Source: Candidatus Heimdallarchaeum aukensis
GTDB taxonomy: Archaea > Asgardarchaeota > Heimdallarchaeia > Heimdallarchaeales > Heimdallarchaeaceae
Assembly: GCA_021513695.1 (NCBI GenBank)
Contig: CP084166.1
Span: 1,312,001-1,376,000 of the forward strand
Length of the DNA stretch: 64,000 nucleotides
Direction of reading: 5' to 3'
The notes beneath the pieces were generated by a model that was given only the letters and a program-made list of their open reading frames with translations, made no database searches and was not told the origin of the DNA. Made by a program: the position numbers and the translations under genes. This document shows, piece after piece, positions 1 through 9,994 of the stretch; positions within the stretch are counted from its first letter, which is position 1; the number at the start of each line of letters is the position of its first letter.

Positions 1-856
1 AAGTATTGTTTATGTATTAAAGTCAATTGTTGAACTGCCTACAGTAACAATGGGGGTAAAACAAGATTTCATTAAATTTGCAGGGCACAATATTCAAATT
101 TCAGATATGGGAGGACAAAAAAGATTTCGTGAGATTTACCTAACTACCCCTGATTTGTATTTTGAAAGAACAAAATTGGTTTTCTATGTAATTGATATTC
201 AAAATAAAAAAAGAATAGATGATTCTCTCGAATATCTGAAAAGATTACTTGCAATTTACCGTTACTTGCACGAAAAACCGTTCATTTCTATCTTTTTCCA
301 CAAATTTGATCCTGATTTATCCTACAACTTAAAATATGATATTCCACCCATAAAGGAGAAAATAGAGAAAATTTTTTCTCACTATACCGAATTTCAGTAC
401 AATTTTTTCTACACTTCTATTTACAACCCACCTAGCATATACGTGGGAATTGCTTCAACTCTATCAGAGATATTTCCAGTAATGAGTATTTTAGACGTTT
501 TACTTAAGGATTTTGCAGAATTACACGGTTTTGATGGTTTACTTATAATGGATAGTACAGGAATGTTAATTGGTCAATTCATACGAGGAGAACAAGAATC
601 ATTGGTGGAAGAAACCTATTCTGCTTTTAAAGAAGCAAGAAAGATTGAAAAAAACCCTTTCGGCAATATTGTTTTACGAAAAAATATAGCAGACCCTCCA
701 GGAGGAGAGATAGTTGTACAACAAATCTTTTTACCACACAATGATGGTTTTATCTTTTACTGGAAAAAAGAAGATACTGAAATTGATTTATCAGAGTATA
801 TGTTAAGTGAGATAACAAAAACCCTTAATCCATGGTTGTATAACCTATTATCGTGA
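1..856 (+). CDS. Rag/Gtr-family small GTPase fused to a C-terminal roadblock/LC7 domain; 5' end truncated by the window edge (frame is open to position 2)
   Basis: G3 motif DMGGQ; G4 replaced by HKFD (FFHKFDPDL), the Rag/Gtr hallmark HKxD rather than NKxD; P-loop would lie upstream of the window; C-terminal FDGLLIMDSTGMLIGQF matches the roadblock/LC7 pattern. Confidence 0.6.
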   Translation, partial: SIVYVLKSIVELPTVTMGVKQDFIKFAGHNIQISDMGGQKRFREIYLTTPDLYFERTKLVFYVIDIQNKKRIDDSLEYLKRLLAIYRYLHEKPFISIFFHKFDPDLSYNLKYDIPPIKEKIEKIFSHYTEFQYNFFYTSIYNPPSIYVGIASTLSEIFPVMSILDVLLKDFAELHGFDGLLIMDSTGMLIGQFIRGEQESLVEETYSAFKEARKIEKNPFGNIVLRKNIADPPGGEIVVQQIFLPHNDGFIFYWKKEDTEIDLSEYMLSEITKTLNPWLYNLLS

Positions 857-929
857 AATAATTTAGATATCAATAGTCTTTAATAAAGAAATACTTTTTA
901 ATCTATCAAATTCTTTCTGGTTAATTTAA

Positions 930-1448
930 ATGAAAGATAACGAATATGACCAAGAAAATAGTGGAACCAAAATTGCAAGAATTCACTTAAATGGAAAAGT
1001 AGAAGTGTTAAAAAACATTCATTTCTCTTGCAGCTCTTGTGGAGTATGTTGTAGACTTAATCGTATTCCTGTAAGAGAGGAAGATATTTTACGTTTTCAA
1101 GAACATGGTTTTGAACTAGATCAGCTATTAATTGACTTGAGCCCTGTTCTAATTCCAAGTAAAAATGTTGATGGCAATTTTATAAAAGCATATATTTTAA
1201 GGAAAAAACCATTTGTAAATGAATGTATTTTTTTGGACGATAACAATCGCTGTAGAGTTCATGAATTTAAGCCATTAGCTTGTAGACTCTATCCTTTTGC
1301 TTTAAGAAGAGAAAATGATGAAACAGTAATTATGCAAATTCATTCAAAATCTGTTTGTCCTTCAGTAAAACTAGATGTATCTGAAGAAGAATCAAATACT
1401 TTAGAATTGGTAAAACAAATGTACGAGTTATTTGATTTAGAGGAATAA
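930..1448 (+). CDS. YkgJ/UPF0153-family cysteine-cluster (CxxCxxCC) protein
   Basis: CSSCGVCCRLNRIP ... ECIFLDDNNRCRVHEFKPLACRLYPF, typical of the YkgJ Zn/Fe-chelating domain. Confidence 0.55.
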   Translation: MKDNEYDQENSGTKIARIHLNGKVEVLKNIHFSCSSCGVCCRLNRIPVREEDILRFQEHGFELDQLLIDLSPVLIPSKNVDGNFIKAYILRKKPFVNECIFLDDNNRCRVHEFKPLACRLYPFALRRENDETVIMQIHSKSVCPSVKLDVSEEESNTLELVKQMYELFDLEE

Positions 1449-1480
1449 AAGTATACAATACATTTTTCTATCATTTGTCT

Positions 1481-1591
1481 AGTACTTCCGCAATAAGTTG
1501 ACTGATTTCTATAGGTTAAAATTATAGGAGTTCATACTATCATTGGCGTGTTCTCAATTCATACTTTTTGAGATAATTCGGAAGTACTAAT
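1481..1591. repeat. 11-bp perfect inverted repeat (tagtacttccg / cggaagtacta) with about 90-nt spacer in the YkgJ-subtilisin intergenic region
   Basis: read directly: arms at 1481-1491 and 1581-1591. Confidence 0.5.
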
Positions 1592-1635
1592 TTGTCATAG
1601 AAAAATCTAAAAGCAATAAATGCTCAATTATAGTT

Positions 1636-4623
1636 ATGCAAAGAACTGGGTTTGTTTTTTTTATTTTCTTAATGCTATCTAGTCCTTTTGTTTATCCTAC
1701 ACTAGCAAAACAAGAAAATAAAATAGACTTTATGTCCAATAATAATAATCAATTGATTTCTTCAATTCAAAATAACAAAAAAATCGTTTATGCTAATGAT
1801 CTTAGTAAAACTTGGGACACTCCACTTTCTGACGAAGAGTTAAAAAAACAATTTTTAGAAGCAGAAGGGAGAGCAATTATTTCTTTTTTCAGTTTTGCAG
1901 AACAGAAAAAAGCGATTGATATACTTGAAGGTCAAGGTATAAATGTAATTCTTAAGTATAATTCTTTTCCTGGACTAAAAATTGAATACAGCTGGAAAAA
2001 AGTAACGGATATTAGTTTAGATAATTTAAGAGTAAAATATGTTTCTCAAATTGGAAAAGATACCTTTTACTCTATTTCATTAGAACAAAATAAAGATACA
2101 ACTTTAACTGGTTTAATCGATCTTTCCGAATTAAGAGCAGCTTTAGAAATAGACTTCCTCCACAATCAAAAAGATAAAAATGGAGACTATCTCTTCGGAA
2201 AGAACATTACAATTGCAGTAATGGATAGCGGTATAGAATCTTCTCTAAAAGGCCTTAATAAAAAATTTAAATATCTTGGAAACGGAGCAATTCAACCTAC
2301 TGATGAGGATAAAATTGTCTACGATTTTAATGCTGTTCCTGGTGAGGATAAAAATGATTTAAGCGGTCATGGTACTCATATAACTTCTATTCTTGCAGGG
2401 AATGGATTTTTCACTGTTGATGGAAAAGTACAATATGAGGGAGAATATGGAATAGTTCCTGAAGCATCTTTGATGAATATTAAAGTTTTGAATGCAAGTG
2501 GTTATGGGAAAGATGAGTGGTTGGTTGATGGTTTTGATAAAGCTATTGCAAATGAGTTAAACATTGTTCCTGATATTATAACTGCAAGTTTAACTTCAAT
2601 TACTTTTTTAAGTGAACATGACCCACTTAATGAAATTGTGCAAGAAGCAGCTAAAAAAGGAATAATGATAGTTACTTCTGCAGGAAATTATGGACCAACG
2701 AGTTCATCTATTGGTTCTCCAGCTGTATGGGAAAACGTTTTATCAATTGGCAGTACCTCAACTATGAAAGATATCTCACTATTCAGTTCAAGCGGTCCAA
2801 CACCATATTTAACAGCTGGAGTGGATTTAGTAGCACCAGGAAGATTAGTTTTAGGATTAAATAGTAGTACAGGAGAAAAGAGATACACATCTGGAACATC
2901 AATTTCAACACCAATAGTTTCAGGAATACTGGCTTTATTAAAACAAGCTTTTCCAGAGTACAACTCTTCACAGTTAGAATCGGCAATATTAAACACAGCA
3001 GACGATTTGAATAAGCCAATAGTTTTTCAAGGAAATGGATTAGTAGACGCTAGAGAAGCTTATTTCTGGTTAAAAAACAACCCAGGGATTACTTTTTCGA
3101 TTCTACCTAAGCGTATTTCACCTGAAAATCTATTCTTTTACTCATGTGTTGAAGGAACACAATCATCTTTCAAAGTGAAAACAATATCTAGTGATGAACA
3201 GCATTTATGGACAAATATAACTGGAGACGATGAGATAGTAGAAATCGGAGAAGAGATAGTTCTTTCAAAGGGTTGGAATATCTTTTCATTTAACATTACT
3301 ATTCCTTATAATAAACCTATTAAGAATTACCAAGCTGTAATAACTTTTACAAATTCTGAAAATTATACTGAAAATATAACAATTAATCTTCAATCTAGAT
3401 ATTACAGAGGATCGATTCTCTTTGATATTAGCCATGATAGTGATATAACAAACAATTCATGGTTTGGTGGATCGTCTCCTTATGGAGCTCATCTATATAT
3501 GGCAAGAATGTTAAAAGATAGAGGTTTTAAGATAAGCACTTTTTCTGAAGGAAACTTTTCTGATGAATTGAGCAAAAATGACATTTTGGTTATTTCAGAC
3601 CCTGAAAAGCATTTTTCTATAGATGAAAGAGAACAGATATATAATTTCATAAAAGACGGTGGTTCATTCTTGCTTTTAGTAGATAGCTATAGAATAGAAG
3701 TAGAATCTGCTAAAGAAGATCCAATTTATCCAAGTAATTATACAGCTATTGACAATTTAGTAGGTTCTCTTGGTATCACAATAGATCCCGATTTCCATTC
3801 AATGCAAACTCCTTATGCTACTGTGTTTTCTAGTGGGCATTCAGATATTACAGATGTAGAGGAAGCATTCTTTTTAGGTTCATGTTTACAATTCGATAAT
3901 GATACAAATTCAGATGTAAAACTTTCTCCTTTATCTGCGATTAATATAGGTACAGAAAAATCTCCGTTCTGGAAAATTACTGGTGTAGTTGGAGAGTATG
4001 GTAAAGGAAAAATAATTGTTTTCGGTTCAGGATACACATTCTCTAATTTTGGATTAATGTATGATGAATTCGATGTAGACTACAGAAATAGAGGTGCAAT
4101 TGGATTAGGGAGTATAAGTTATAACCATTTGTTCAGTGATGAGATGGATAAAAACAATAGAGAACTTATAAATGATACCTTTAGTTGGTTATCGACTTTC
4201 AACAGACCAATAATCGATTTTAGCTTGGATCAAGAAAAGATTCTAATTAGAGAAGAATTTACTATTTCTGTCTCAGTGACTATGACAAGTGAATTTCAAC
4301 AAGGGAATCCATATGCAACTCAATATCTTAATGGAACAATTCTTTTCAGCGACAATTCAATTAGATATGTTGTTCTCTCTGCAGTTGGAGCAGGAATTTA
4401 TGAGCTTTCTACTTCAATTTCGCGTTATGGAGAATTTACGTTATTTATTCCTTTGAAGTTAGAAGGGCACAACCCCACTGACGGGAGAATAGACTTGTTT
4501 TGTGATGTTGAACTTTGGGATCAACAACAAGAAATTGCAAACATAGCAAACCTTGTTCTCACTTTATTTTTCATTGTTCTGCTTGGTTTACCTTTTGTTA
4601 ATTATCGCTTCAAAAATAAATAA
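1636..4623 (+). CDS. secreted subtilisin-like (S8) serine protease with large C-terminal extension and C-terminal TM anchor
   Basis: N-terminal signal peptide; catalytic triad motifs AVMDSGI, GHGTHITS, SGTSISTP; C-terminus LVLTLFFIVLLGLPFVNYRFKNK. Confidence 0.85.
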   Translation: MQRTGFVFFIFLMLSSPFVYPTLAKQENKIDFMSNNNNQLISSIQNNKKIVYANDLSKTWDTPLSDEELKKQFLEAEGRAIISFFSFAEQKKAIDILEGQGINVILKYNSFPGLKIEYSWKKVTDISLDNLRVKYVSQIGKDTFYSISLEQNKDTTLTGLIDLSELRAALEIDFLHNQKDKNGDYLFGKNITIAVMDSGIESSLKGLNKKFKYLGNGAIQPTDEDKIVYDFNAVPGEDKNDLSGHGTHITSILAGNGFFTVDGKVQYEGEYGIVPEASLMNIKVLNASGYGKDEWLVDGFDKAIANELNIVPDIITASLTSITFLSEHDPLNEIVQEAAKKGIMIVTSAGNYGPTSSSIGSPAVWENVLSIGSTSTMKDISLFSSSGPTPYLTAGVDLVAPGRLVLGLNSSTGEKRYTSGTSISTPIVSGILALLKQAFPEYNSSQLESAILNTADDLNKPIVFQGNGLVDAREAYFWLKNNPGITFSILPKRISPENLFFYSCVEGTQSSFKVKTISSDEQHLWTNITGDDEIVEIGEEIVLSKGWNIFSFNITIPYNKPIKNYQAVITFTNSENYTENITINLQSRYYRGSILFDISHDSDITNNSWFGGSSPYGAHLYMARMLKDRGFKISTFSEGNFSDELSKNDILVISDPEKHFSIDEREQIYNFIKDGGSFLLLVDSYRIEVESAKEDPIYPSNYTAIDNLVGSLGITIDPDFHSMQTPYATVFSSGHSDITDVEEAFFLGSCLQFDNDTNSDVKLSPLSAINIGTEKSPFWKITGVVGEYGKGKIIVFGSGYTFSNFGLMYDEFDVDYRNRGAIGLGSISYNHLFSDEMDKNNRELINDTFSWLSTFNRPIIDFSLDQEKILIREEFTISVSVTMTSEFQQGNPYATQYLNGTILFSDNSIRYVVLSAVGAGIYELSTSISRYGEFTLFIPLKLEGHNPTDGRIDLFCDVELWDQQQEIANIANLVLTLFFIVLLGLPFVNYRFKNK

Positions 4624-4782
4624 TTAATTTTTTCATTTATTCATTTATTCTCAGTATAAGACTCCATATACCAAATATTTATGAAAAATCACCAAAAATA
4701 TTAGATTTGCTTCTTACACGTTGAGAAAATTAGGTATTTATGTTTTTCAGAGCGCATACTCGCAACATAAAGTTTATATAGA

Positions 4783-4805
4783 TGTGTGAGAATTTGTCAC
4801 ACACA
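4783..4805. promoter_or_regulatory. 7-bp perfect inverted repeat TGTGTGA-n7-TCACACA immediately downstream of a TATA-like box (tttatata at about 4771-4778); candidate autoregulatory operator of the downstream wHTH regulator
   Basis: palindrome read directly; lies at the TSS/operator position between the TATA box and the SD-preceded ATG at 4818. Confidence 0.45.
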
Positions 4806-4817
4806 AAGGTGGTTAAG

Positions 4818-5081
4818 ATGAAACGAGAAAGATTACCCAAAGGGTCTCGTGAAGTAATTCAATTACTTGAAAAAGAGGGAGCATTAACTCAAAAAGCAAT
4901 TATTGATAAATTAAAGGACATGAAACCACGTTCTGTAAGATATACAGTTAGACAACTAATTGATAGATCAATTCTGTCAGAAATAGCTAACTTCTCAGAT
5001 ATGAGATCAAGCCTTATTGGTTTGAACAAACAAAATGAGGAAATCATTAAACAATTATCAAAAATTTCAGTTTCAACATAA
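4818..5081 (+). CDS. small winged-helix transcriptional regulator (ORF opens at 4782; start at 4818 preferred because of the aaggtgg SD)
   Basis: 88 aa; pattern GALTQKAIIDKLKDMKPRSVRYTVRQLIDRSIL is wHTH-like. Confidence 0.5.
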   Translation: MKRERLPKGSREVIQLLEKEGALTQKAIIDKLKDMKPRSVRYTVRQLIDRSILSEIANFSDMRSSLIGLNKQNEEIIKQLSKISVST

Positions 5082-5242
5082 GAAATGATAAACCAGAATT
5101 TTTCTGTTAATTATCATTTCTATTTTTTATAAAACATTCAATTTTTCTACTCTGATTAAAGAAAACCACATTAACTTTATTAATTTCTTTTCGCTTAAAG
5201 AAATACTTTTTTATGTATTATAATTAATTATCTTTGAAAGCT

Positions 5243-6529
5243 ATGACATTAAAGATATTCCTTACAATAGGAGGTTTTTTTGTCTTAGATGACAATAATG
5301 ATGTTATATCTACTAAGACTTTTGAACCTGACCCAGTGTATGTTAGTACAAAGATCTTTAATTTAGAAAGATATAATGAATCTGAAGAATTAAATGCGAT
5401 TCTAGAAGAATATGCTGACACGGAAATTAAAACTAACTCTAGTTTAGTTCGTGATTTTATTCGTTCAAGAAGAAGGAAAGTTTCTTTAGATAATTCATCA
5501 GATGACTTCTATTCATTTCAAAGTTCATTATTTAGCAATTTAGCAAAACATACTAGTATTAAAACAGATGAGATTTATCATCAACTTGTTCGTGAAACTA
5601 ATATATTAATATCAAAAAAACGTGTTGCTGTCGCTAGTCAACGAACTGATAAAATGGTTGTCCATGCTATATTAAGTTTGGATGATATTGTTACTACAAT
5701 CAATCTTTTTATGAGTCGGATTCGAGAATGGTATGGGATTCATTTTCCTGAAATTTTAAAGGAAGTTGAAAACCATGAAACATTTTGCAAGATAATTACA
5801 GAAATTGGAGCAAGACAATTCTACTCAAAAAAAGCATTAGAAGAGTATGGATTTTCTGCTAAAAAAACAGAAAGGATCTATAATTTAGCAAAAAGTTCTA
5901 TGGGCGCAGAATATGATAACAAAGACCTTCTCCCTCTACAACGCTTAGCTCAGCAGACTCTACAATTATTCGAAGAAAAGCGTATGCTCGAAAATTGGAT
6001 AGATGAGCAAGTCAATAAGATTGCTCCTAATTTAAAAGCAATTGTTGGTTCAGCTATTACAGCAAGACTTATCGCTCTTGCTGGAGGTCTTCAAGAGATG
6101 GCACTTCTTCCTTCTTCTACAATTCAACTTCTTGGTGCAGAGAAAGCTCTCTTTAGAGCCTTAAAGACAGGTGCAAAACCCCCTAAACATGGTGTCATTT
6201 ATCAGACTCCTGAACTTCACAGTTGTAAATGGTGGCAAAGAGGTAACATCGCAAGAGCTATTGCTGGAAAATTGACAATTGCTGCCAGAATTGACGCTTT
6301 CCAAGGAGAATACAGAGGAGACGAATTAAAGATGGACCTCGATCAGAAAATTGAGGAAATAAAGGAGAAATATAGTGAACCTCCACAAGGAAAAAAAGAC
6401 CCTGCTCTAATACGTCAGCAAAGACCCCGCGGAAAACCAAAATCTCGATCAAGACAAAAAAACTATGATAAATCCAAAAGTAGGAAACACAAAGGTGGCA
6501 AAAACTATTCCAAAAAAGGAAAAAAATAG
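5243..6529 (+). CDS. nop5: Nop56/58 (Nop5) C/D-box sRNP core protein with lysine-rich KKE/D-like C-terminal tail
   Basis: NOP-domain region (ALFRALKTGAKPPKHGVIYQ); tail PRGKPKSRSRQKNYDKSKSRKHKGGKNYSKKGKK; directly upstream of fibrillarin (conserved archaeal operon); ATG at 5243 follows a TTG-opened ORF. Confidence 0.85.
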   Translation: MTLKIFLTIGGFFVLDDNNDVISTKTFEPDPVYVSTKIFNLERYNESEELNAILEEYADTEIKTNSSLVRDFIRSRRRKVSLDNSSDDFYSFQSSLFSNLAKHTSIKTDEIYHQLVRETNILISKKRVAVASQRTDKMVVHAILSLDDIVTTINLFMSRIREWYGIHFPEILKEVENHETFCKIITEIGARQFYSKKALEEYGFSAKKTERIYNLAKSSMGAEYDNKDLLPLQRLAQQTLQLFEEKRMLENWIDEQVNKIAPNLKAIVGSAITARLIALAGGLQEMALLPSSTIQLLGAEKALFRALKTGAKPPKHGVIYQTPELHSCKWWQRGNIARAIAGKLTIAARIDAFQGEYRGDELKMDLDQKIEEIKEKYSEPPQGKKDPALIRQQRPRGKPKSRSRQKNYDKSKSRKHKGGKNYSKKGKK

Positions 6530-6539
6530 GTGACAAATA

Positions 6540-7226
6540 ATGGTAGAACTAAAAAAACACAAATTTGAAAATCTTTTCTGGTTGCATTTTTCAGATGGAA
6601 AGGTTCGATTAGCTACTAAAAACAGCGATCCAGGTAAAAAAGTGTATACAGAAAGGCTCGTAAGTGTAGATGGAAATGAATATAGAACATTTGACCCCTA
6701 CAAAAGTAAATTAGCTGCCGCAATTAGATCGGACTTACAAAACTTTCCTTTTGATGAAGGAGTTAAAGTTCTTTATCTAGGTGCTGCATCAGGAACTACT
6801 GTTTCTCATGTTTCAGATATCATAGGAGATGATGGAGAGATTTATGCAGTAGAATTCTCTCCAAGATCATTAAGAGATTTAGTAACAGTAGCTGAAAGAA
6901 GAAAAAATATTATTCCTATTTTAGCTGATGCAAGGTATCCTGAGACTTACTCTTTCACTGTCCCCCAAGTTGACATTGTCTTTGAGGACGTAGCACAACC
7001 TTTTCAGACTGAGATTTTATGGGTAAATGTTCAAACCTTCCTTAAAAAAGGAGGCTTCTTCTTTATAGCTGTAAAAGCAAGAAGCATAGATGTTACAACT
7101 AGCCCAAAAGTTATTTTTGAACGAGTTAAAAAAGAGATTCTTGAATATGGATTAGAGATAGTCGAAGAAATCAACTTAGAACAATATGAAAAAGATCACA
7201 TGATGTTCGTGGGTAAAAAACCTTAA
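6540..7226 (+). CDS. flpA: fibrillarin (rRNA/tRNA 2'-O-methyltransferase)
   Basis: SAM-binding motif VLYLGAASGTTVSHVSD; about 228 aa; follows nop5 with a 10-nt gap and an aggtga SD. Confidence 0.9.
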   Translation: MVELKKHKFENLFWLHFSDGKVRLATKNSDPGKKVYTERLVSVDGNEYRTFDPYKSKLAAAIRSDLQNFPFDEGVKVLYLGAASGTTVSHVSDIIGDDGEIYAVEFSPRSLRDLVTVAERRKNIIPILADARYPETYSFTVPQVDIVFEDVAQPFQTEILWVNVQTFLKKGGFFFIAVKARSIDVTTSPKVIFERVKKEILEYGLEIVEEINLEQYEKDHMMFVGKKP

Positions 7227-8350
7227 CTCTCTAAATTTTCTTTTAGCATTGCATATTTTTTGATATATTCCTTAACTAAATCAAACGCTTTTTTCATTTC
7301 TTGTAGTTCGTCTATTGTAAATGTGGGAACTAGTTCTGAAGCTGGATGGTCTTCTTCATCGATTATCAAAATAGGTCTTCTTTTTGCAATAGATGCAATT
7401 TTTTGTGTCATTTCTACACGAGTAATGACATTTTTTCCGTTATCTTCGTCTACACACAACAAAACATTTAATCCGCTTTTTATGTCATGATTTCCATGTT
7501 CTCCATAAGCATCAAAAGGCATTTTTTTAACCCAGAACTGTGATATTAGTCCTAGATCTTCCAATAGAATTGCGATTTCTTCTTTCCTCGGAGTTAGTTT
7601 TTCTATTGAACTAACTGTATCTTCTTCTAAGCTGAATTTAATATTAAAAATAGGTATTCCTTGAGTTAAAGAGGTGTCTAAAATATCTTCCAGTAGAATT
7701 GCTGTTTCTGGAGGAGGATTTATAGAGTGCTCATATTCATACATTGTACGTCTTGAAATACCAATTAAACGTGCTAATTCACCATAACTTAGGTTTTTAT
7801 CCAATCTTGCTTTTCTTAAACTATTTCTATTTATACAGACATAATACCCTCCTCTATTACAATATACTACAGGAGGTAAACCATCGATCATCAAATTCAA
7901 AAATGTCTCAGGACTAATTACTGGGATGTCATGTCTGAATAAGACTAACCCATCTTGAATTTCATCAAATCTTTTTCCTCTTACACCAATAATAACAGGA
8001 GAAGCTTGGAGAAAAGCTGACAAGTTTTTTAATTCTTGAGCTTGTGCTTTTAATAAATTATCAATGTAGGGTTCGATTTTAATGATTGTTAACTTGCTTT
8101 CTTTTTTTGCAATAATATCAAAACATGTATTTGGAGTATTTGTGAGGTCGACAAATGAATAATTCAATTTAGTAAAAACTTTGAGAAGAATTTTTCTTAG
8201 AATCTCCTTTGCTTGACGCGAAGACGAATCCATCAACTCTCTCAGGTTTTCATTGAATTGTTTAATGTCGTCCTCAGAAAACATAGTGTTTCCTCTTTTA
8301 TTCTCAAAAAACATCACTTGTTTATAAATATAAATTTGTCTTTCGTGCAA
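7223..8350 (-). CDS. HTH (XRE/Cro-C1 type) domain protein, putative transcription regulator
   Basis: LSYGELARLIGISRRTMYEYEH helix-turn-helix; convergent with fibrillarin (4-nt overlap). Confidence 0.5.
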   Translation of the reverse strand: MHERQIYIYKQVMFFENKRGNTMFSEDDIKQFNENLRELMDSSSRQAKEILRKILLKVFTKLNYSFVDLTNTPNTCFDIIAKKESKLTIIKIEPYIDNLLKAQAQELKNLSAFLQASPVIIGVRGKRFDEIQDGLVLFRHDIPVISPETFLNLMIDGLPPVVYCNRGGYYVCINRNSLRKARLDKNLSYGELARLIGISRRTMYEYEHSINPPPETAILLEDILDTSLTQGIPIFNIKFSLEEDTVSSIEKLTPRKEEIAILLEDLGLISQFWVKKMPFDAYGEHGNHDIKSGLNVLLCVDEDNGKNVITRVEMTQKIASIAKRRPILIIDEEDHPASELVPTFTIDELQEMKKAFDLVKEYIKKYAMLKENLES

Positions 8351-8353
8351 AAC

Positions 8354-9946
8354 TCAAAGAATTTTACTCATATATGGGCCATCTCTTTCGTAGCCTAGTT
8401 TTCTATAATAATCTCTTACACCAACGCCAGAGATGACAGAAATTTTCTTATAACCTTTTTCGACTCCAATGTCCTCAGCTTTCTGAACTAGTTCTTTTCC
8501 AAAACCTCTATGCTGCCATTCATATTCTTCTTCTCCTTTTTTATGAACAGAAAGGGATTCACCGTAAACATGTAACTCTCTGATAACGATTGTAGGTTGA
8601 GATAGAAATTCAGGTCGATATTTATCCTCACTTAACTCTCTCAGTCGAAGGAAACCAATAATTACATCATGGTTTGTTTCTTCAAAAGACAAAAAGTATT
8701 CAATTCCCTTACTTGCTTTATATTTTCTTTTTACTAGTTCAATTGACTGAGGATCAAATTCTCCTTTGTTCTTGTAGAGATAATGACCAACTTCTCTACA
8801 TCTAATACACCTACACTTTTTGCCTTGTGATTCCATTAAAGCTTGTACATCAAGCCTTAAATCACTTTTTTTGGGACCAGCAACTATTTGATGTGCAGGA
8901 ATGTCTCTTAAAATTCTTTTTATTCGCACGTAAGGAGGAACAAATTCTTTTATTTTGGCAATGAGTTTAATCGTTTCTTCATCTGTTAAAGCTTGGTATT
9001 CTCCTTTTTTCCATAGGTCATAAAGTTTTGTACCAGGTATAACCATTGTAGGATAAATCTTAATTTCATCAGGTTGATAATCTTGAGATTGAAAAATTGT
9101 TTTAAAAGCTTCTATATCTCTTTCTTTTGTTGAACCTGGGAGTCCAGGCATCATATGTGCTGTTATTTTCAATCCTGCATCTTTTGTAAGCTGAATAGCT
9201 CTGATTGAATCAGTAACAGTATGCCCCCTAATCATTTTTTCGAAAACATCATCATAAACTGTTTGAATACCTAGTTCAAGTCTTGTAACACCATAATTTA
9301 ACAATTCATCTATCGTTTGTTTATCTATTTGATCTGGTCTCGTTTCTGCAGTTAACCCAACACATCGATGTTTAGCGTGTTCATTAATTTCATGAGCTTG
9401 CTCTATTGTATCAGAATCTACCCCATTAAATCCATCAAACATTCTTCTAATAAACCATTCTTGGTATTCTTTCGGTTGGTAAGTAAAAGTTCCTCCCATA
9501 ATAATAGCATCTATTTTTTCTGTAGAATGACCTATAGCTTCTAACTGATTAATCCTTTCAGTAACTTGAAGATAAGGGTCATAGTTATTTCTTATCCCTC
9601 TTCTTGATGTAGGTTCATAACCTGTATAACTTTGAGGTCTGTCAACATCTGGTCCCCCAGGACACATAATGCATTTACCATGAGGACAAGCCCAAGGCCT
9701 AGTCATTACTGCGACGATTGCCACACCAGATAGTGTTCTAACTCTTCTTTTCATTAAATAAGGACGAAGTTTTTCTAGTTCTTCATCATTACATATAGCG
9801 AGAATATCACTATTTCTAGGGAAAAAGGATAGAGAATACTCTTTAGATATCTTTCTTTTAATTTGATCAACGATTTTATCAGTTAATTTAGACTGACTCA
9901 ACAACTGTTTTTTAATTTCAGTAAAAGCAGAAAGAGATTTGTTCAT
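8354..9946 (-). CDS. elp3: Elp3 homologue (radical-SAM plus GNAT tRNA-modification enzyme)
   Basis: N-terminal basic region; radical-SAM Cys cluster CPHGKCIMCPGGPD; SYTGYEPTSRR; C-terminal GNAT region (QHRGFGKELV). Confidence 0.85.
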   Translation of the reverse strand: MNKSLSAFTEIKKQLLSQSKLTDKIVDQIKRKISKEYSLSFFPRNSDILAICNDEELEKLRPYLMKRRVRTLSGVAIVAVMTRPWACPHGKCIMCPGGPDVDRPQSYTGYEPTSRRGIRNNYDPYLQVTERINQLEAIGHSTEKIDAIIMGGTFTYQPKEYQEWFIRRMFDGFNGVDSDTIEQAHEINEHAKHRCVGLTAETRPDQIDKQTIDELLNYGVTRLELGIQTVYDDVFEKMIRGHTVTDSIRAIQLTKDAGLKITAHMMPGLPGSTKERDIEAFKTIFQSQDYQPDEIKIYPTMVIPGTKLYDLWKKGEYQALTDEETIKLIAKIKEFVPPYVRIKRILRDIPAHQIVAGPKKSDLRLDVQALMESQGKKCRCIRCREVGHYLYKNKGEFDPQSIELVKRKYKASKGIEYFLSFEETNHDVIIGFLRLRELSEDKYRPEFLSQPTIVIRELHVYGESLSVHKKGEEEYEWQHRGFGKELVQKAEDIGVEKGYKKISVISGVGVRDYYRKLGYERDGPYMSKIL

Positions 9947-9994
9947 CTAAATCTTCGCTCGAGTGATAAAAAGACAAATTGAATAAAAGAATGA

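Noticed and set aside
2688-4037. Several 74-102-aa minus-strand ORFs inside the subtilisin gene
   Set aside because: Antisense to a CDS with clear catalytic motifs, and no features of their own.
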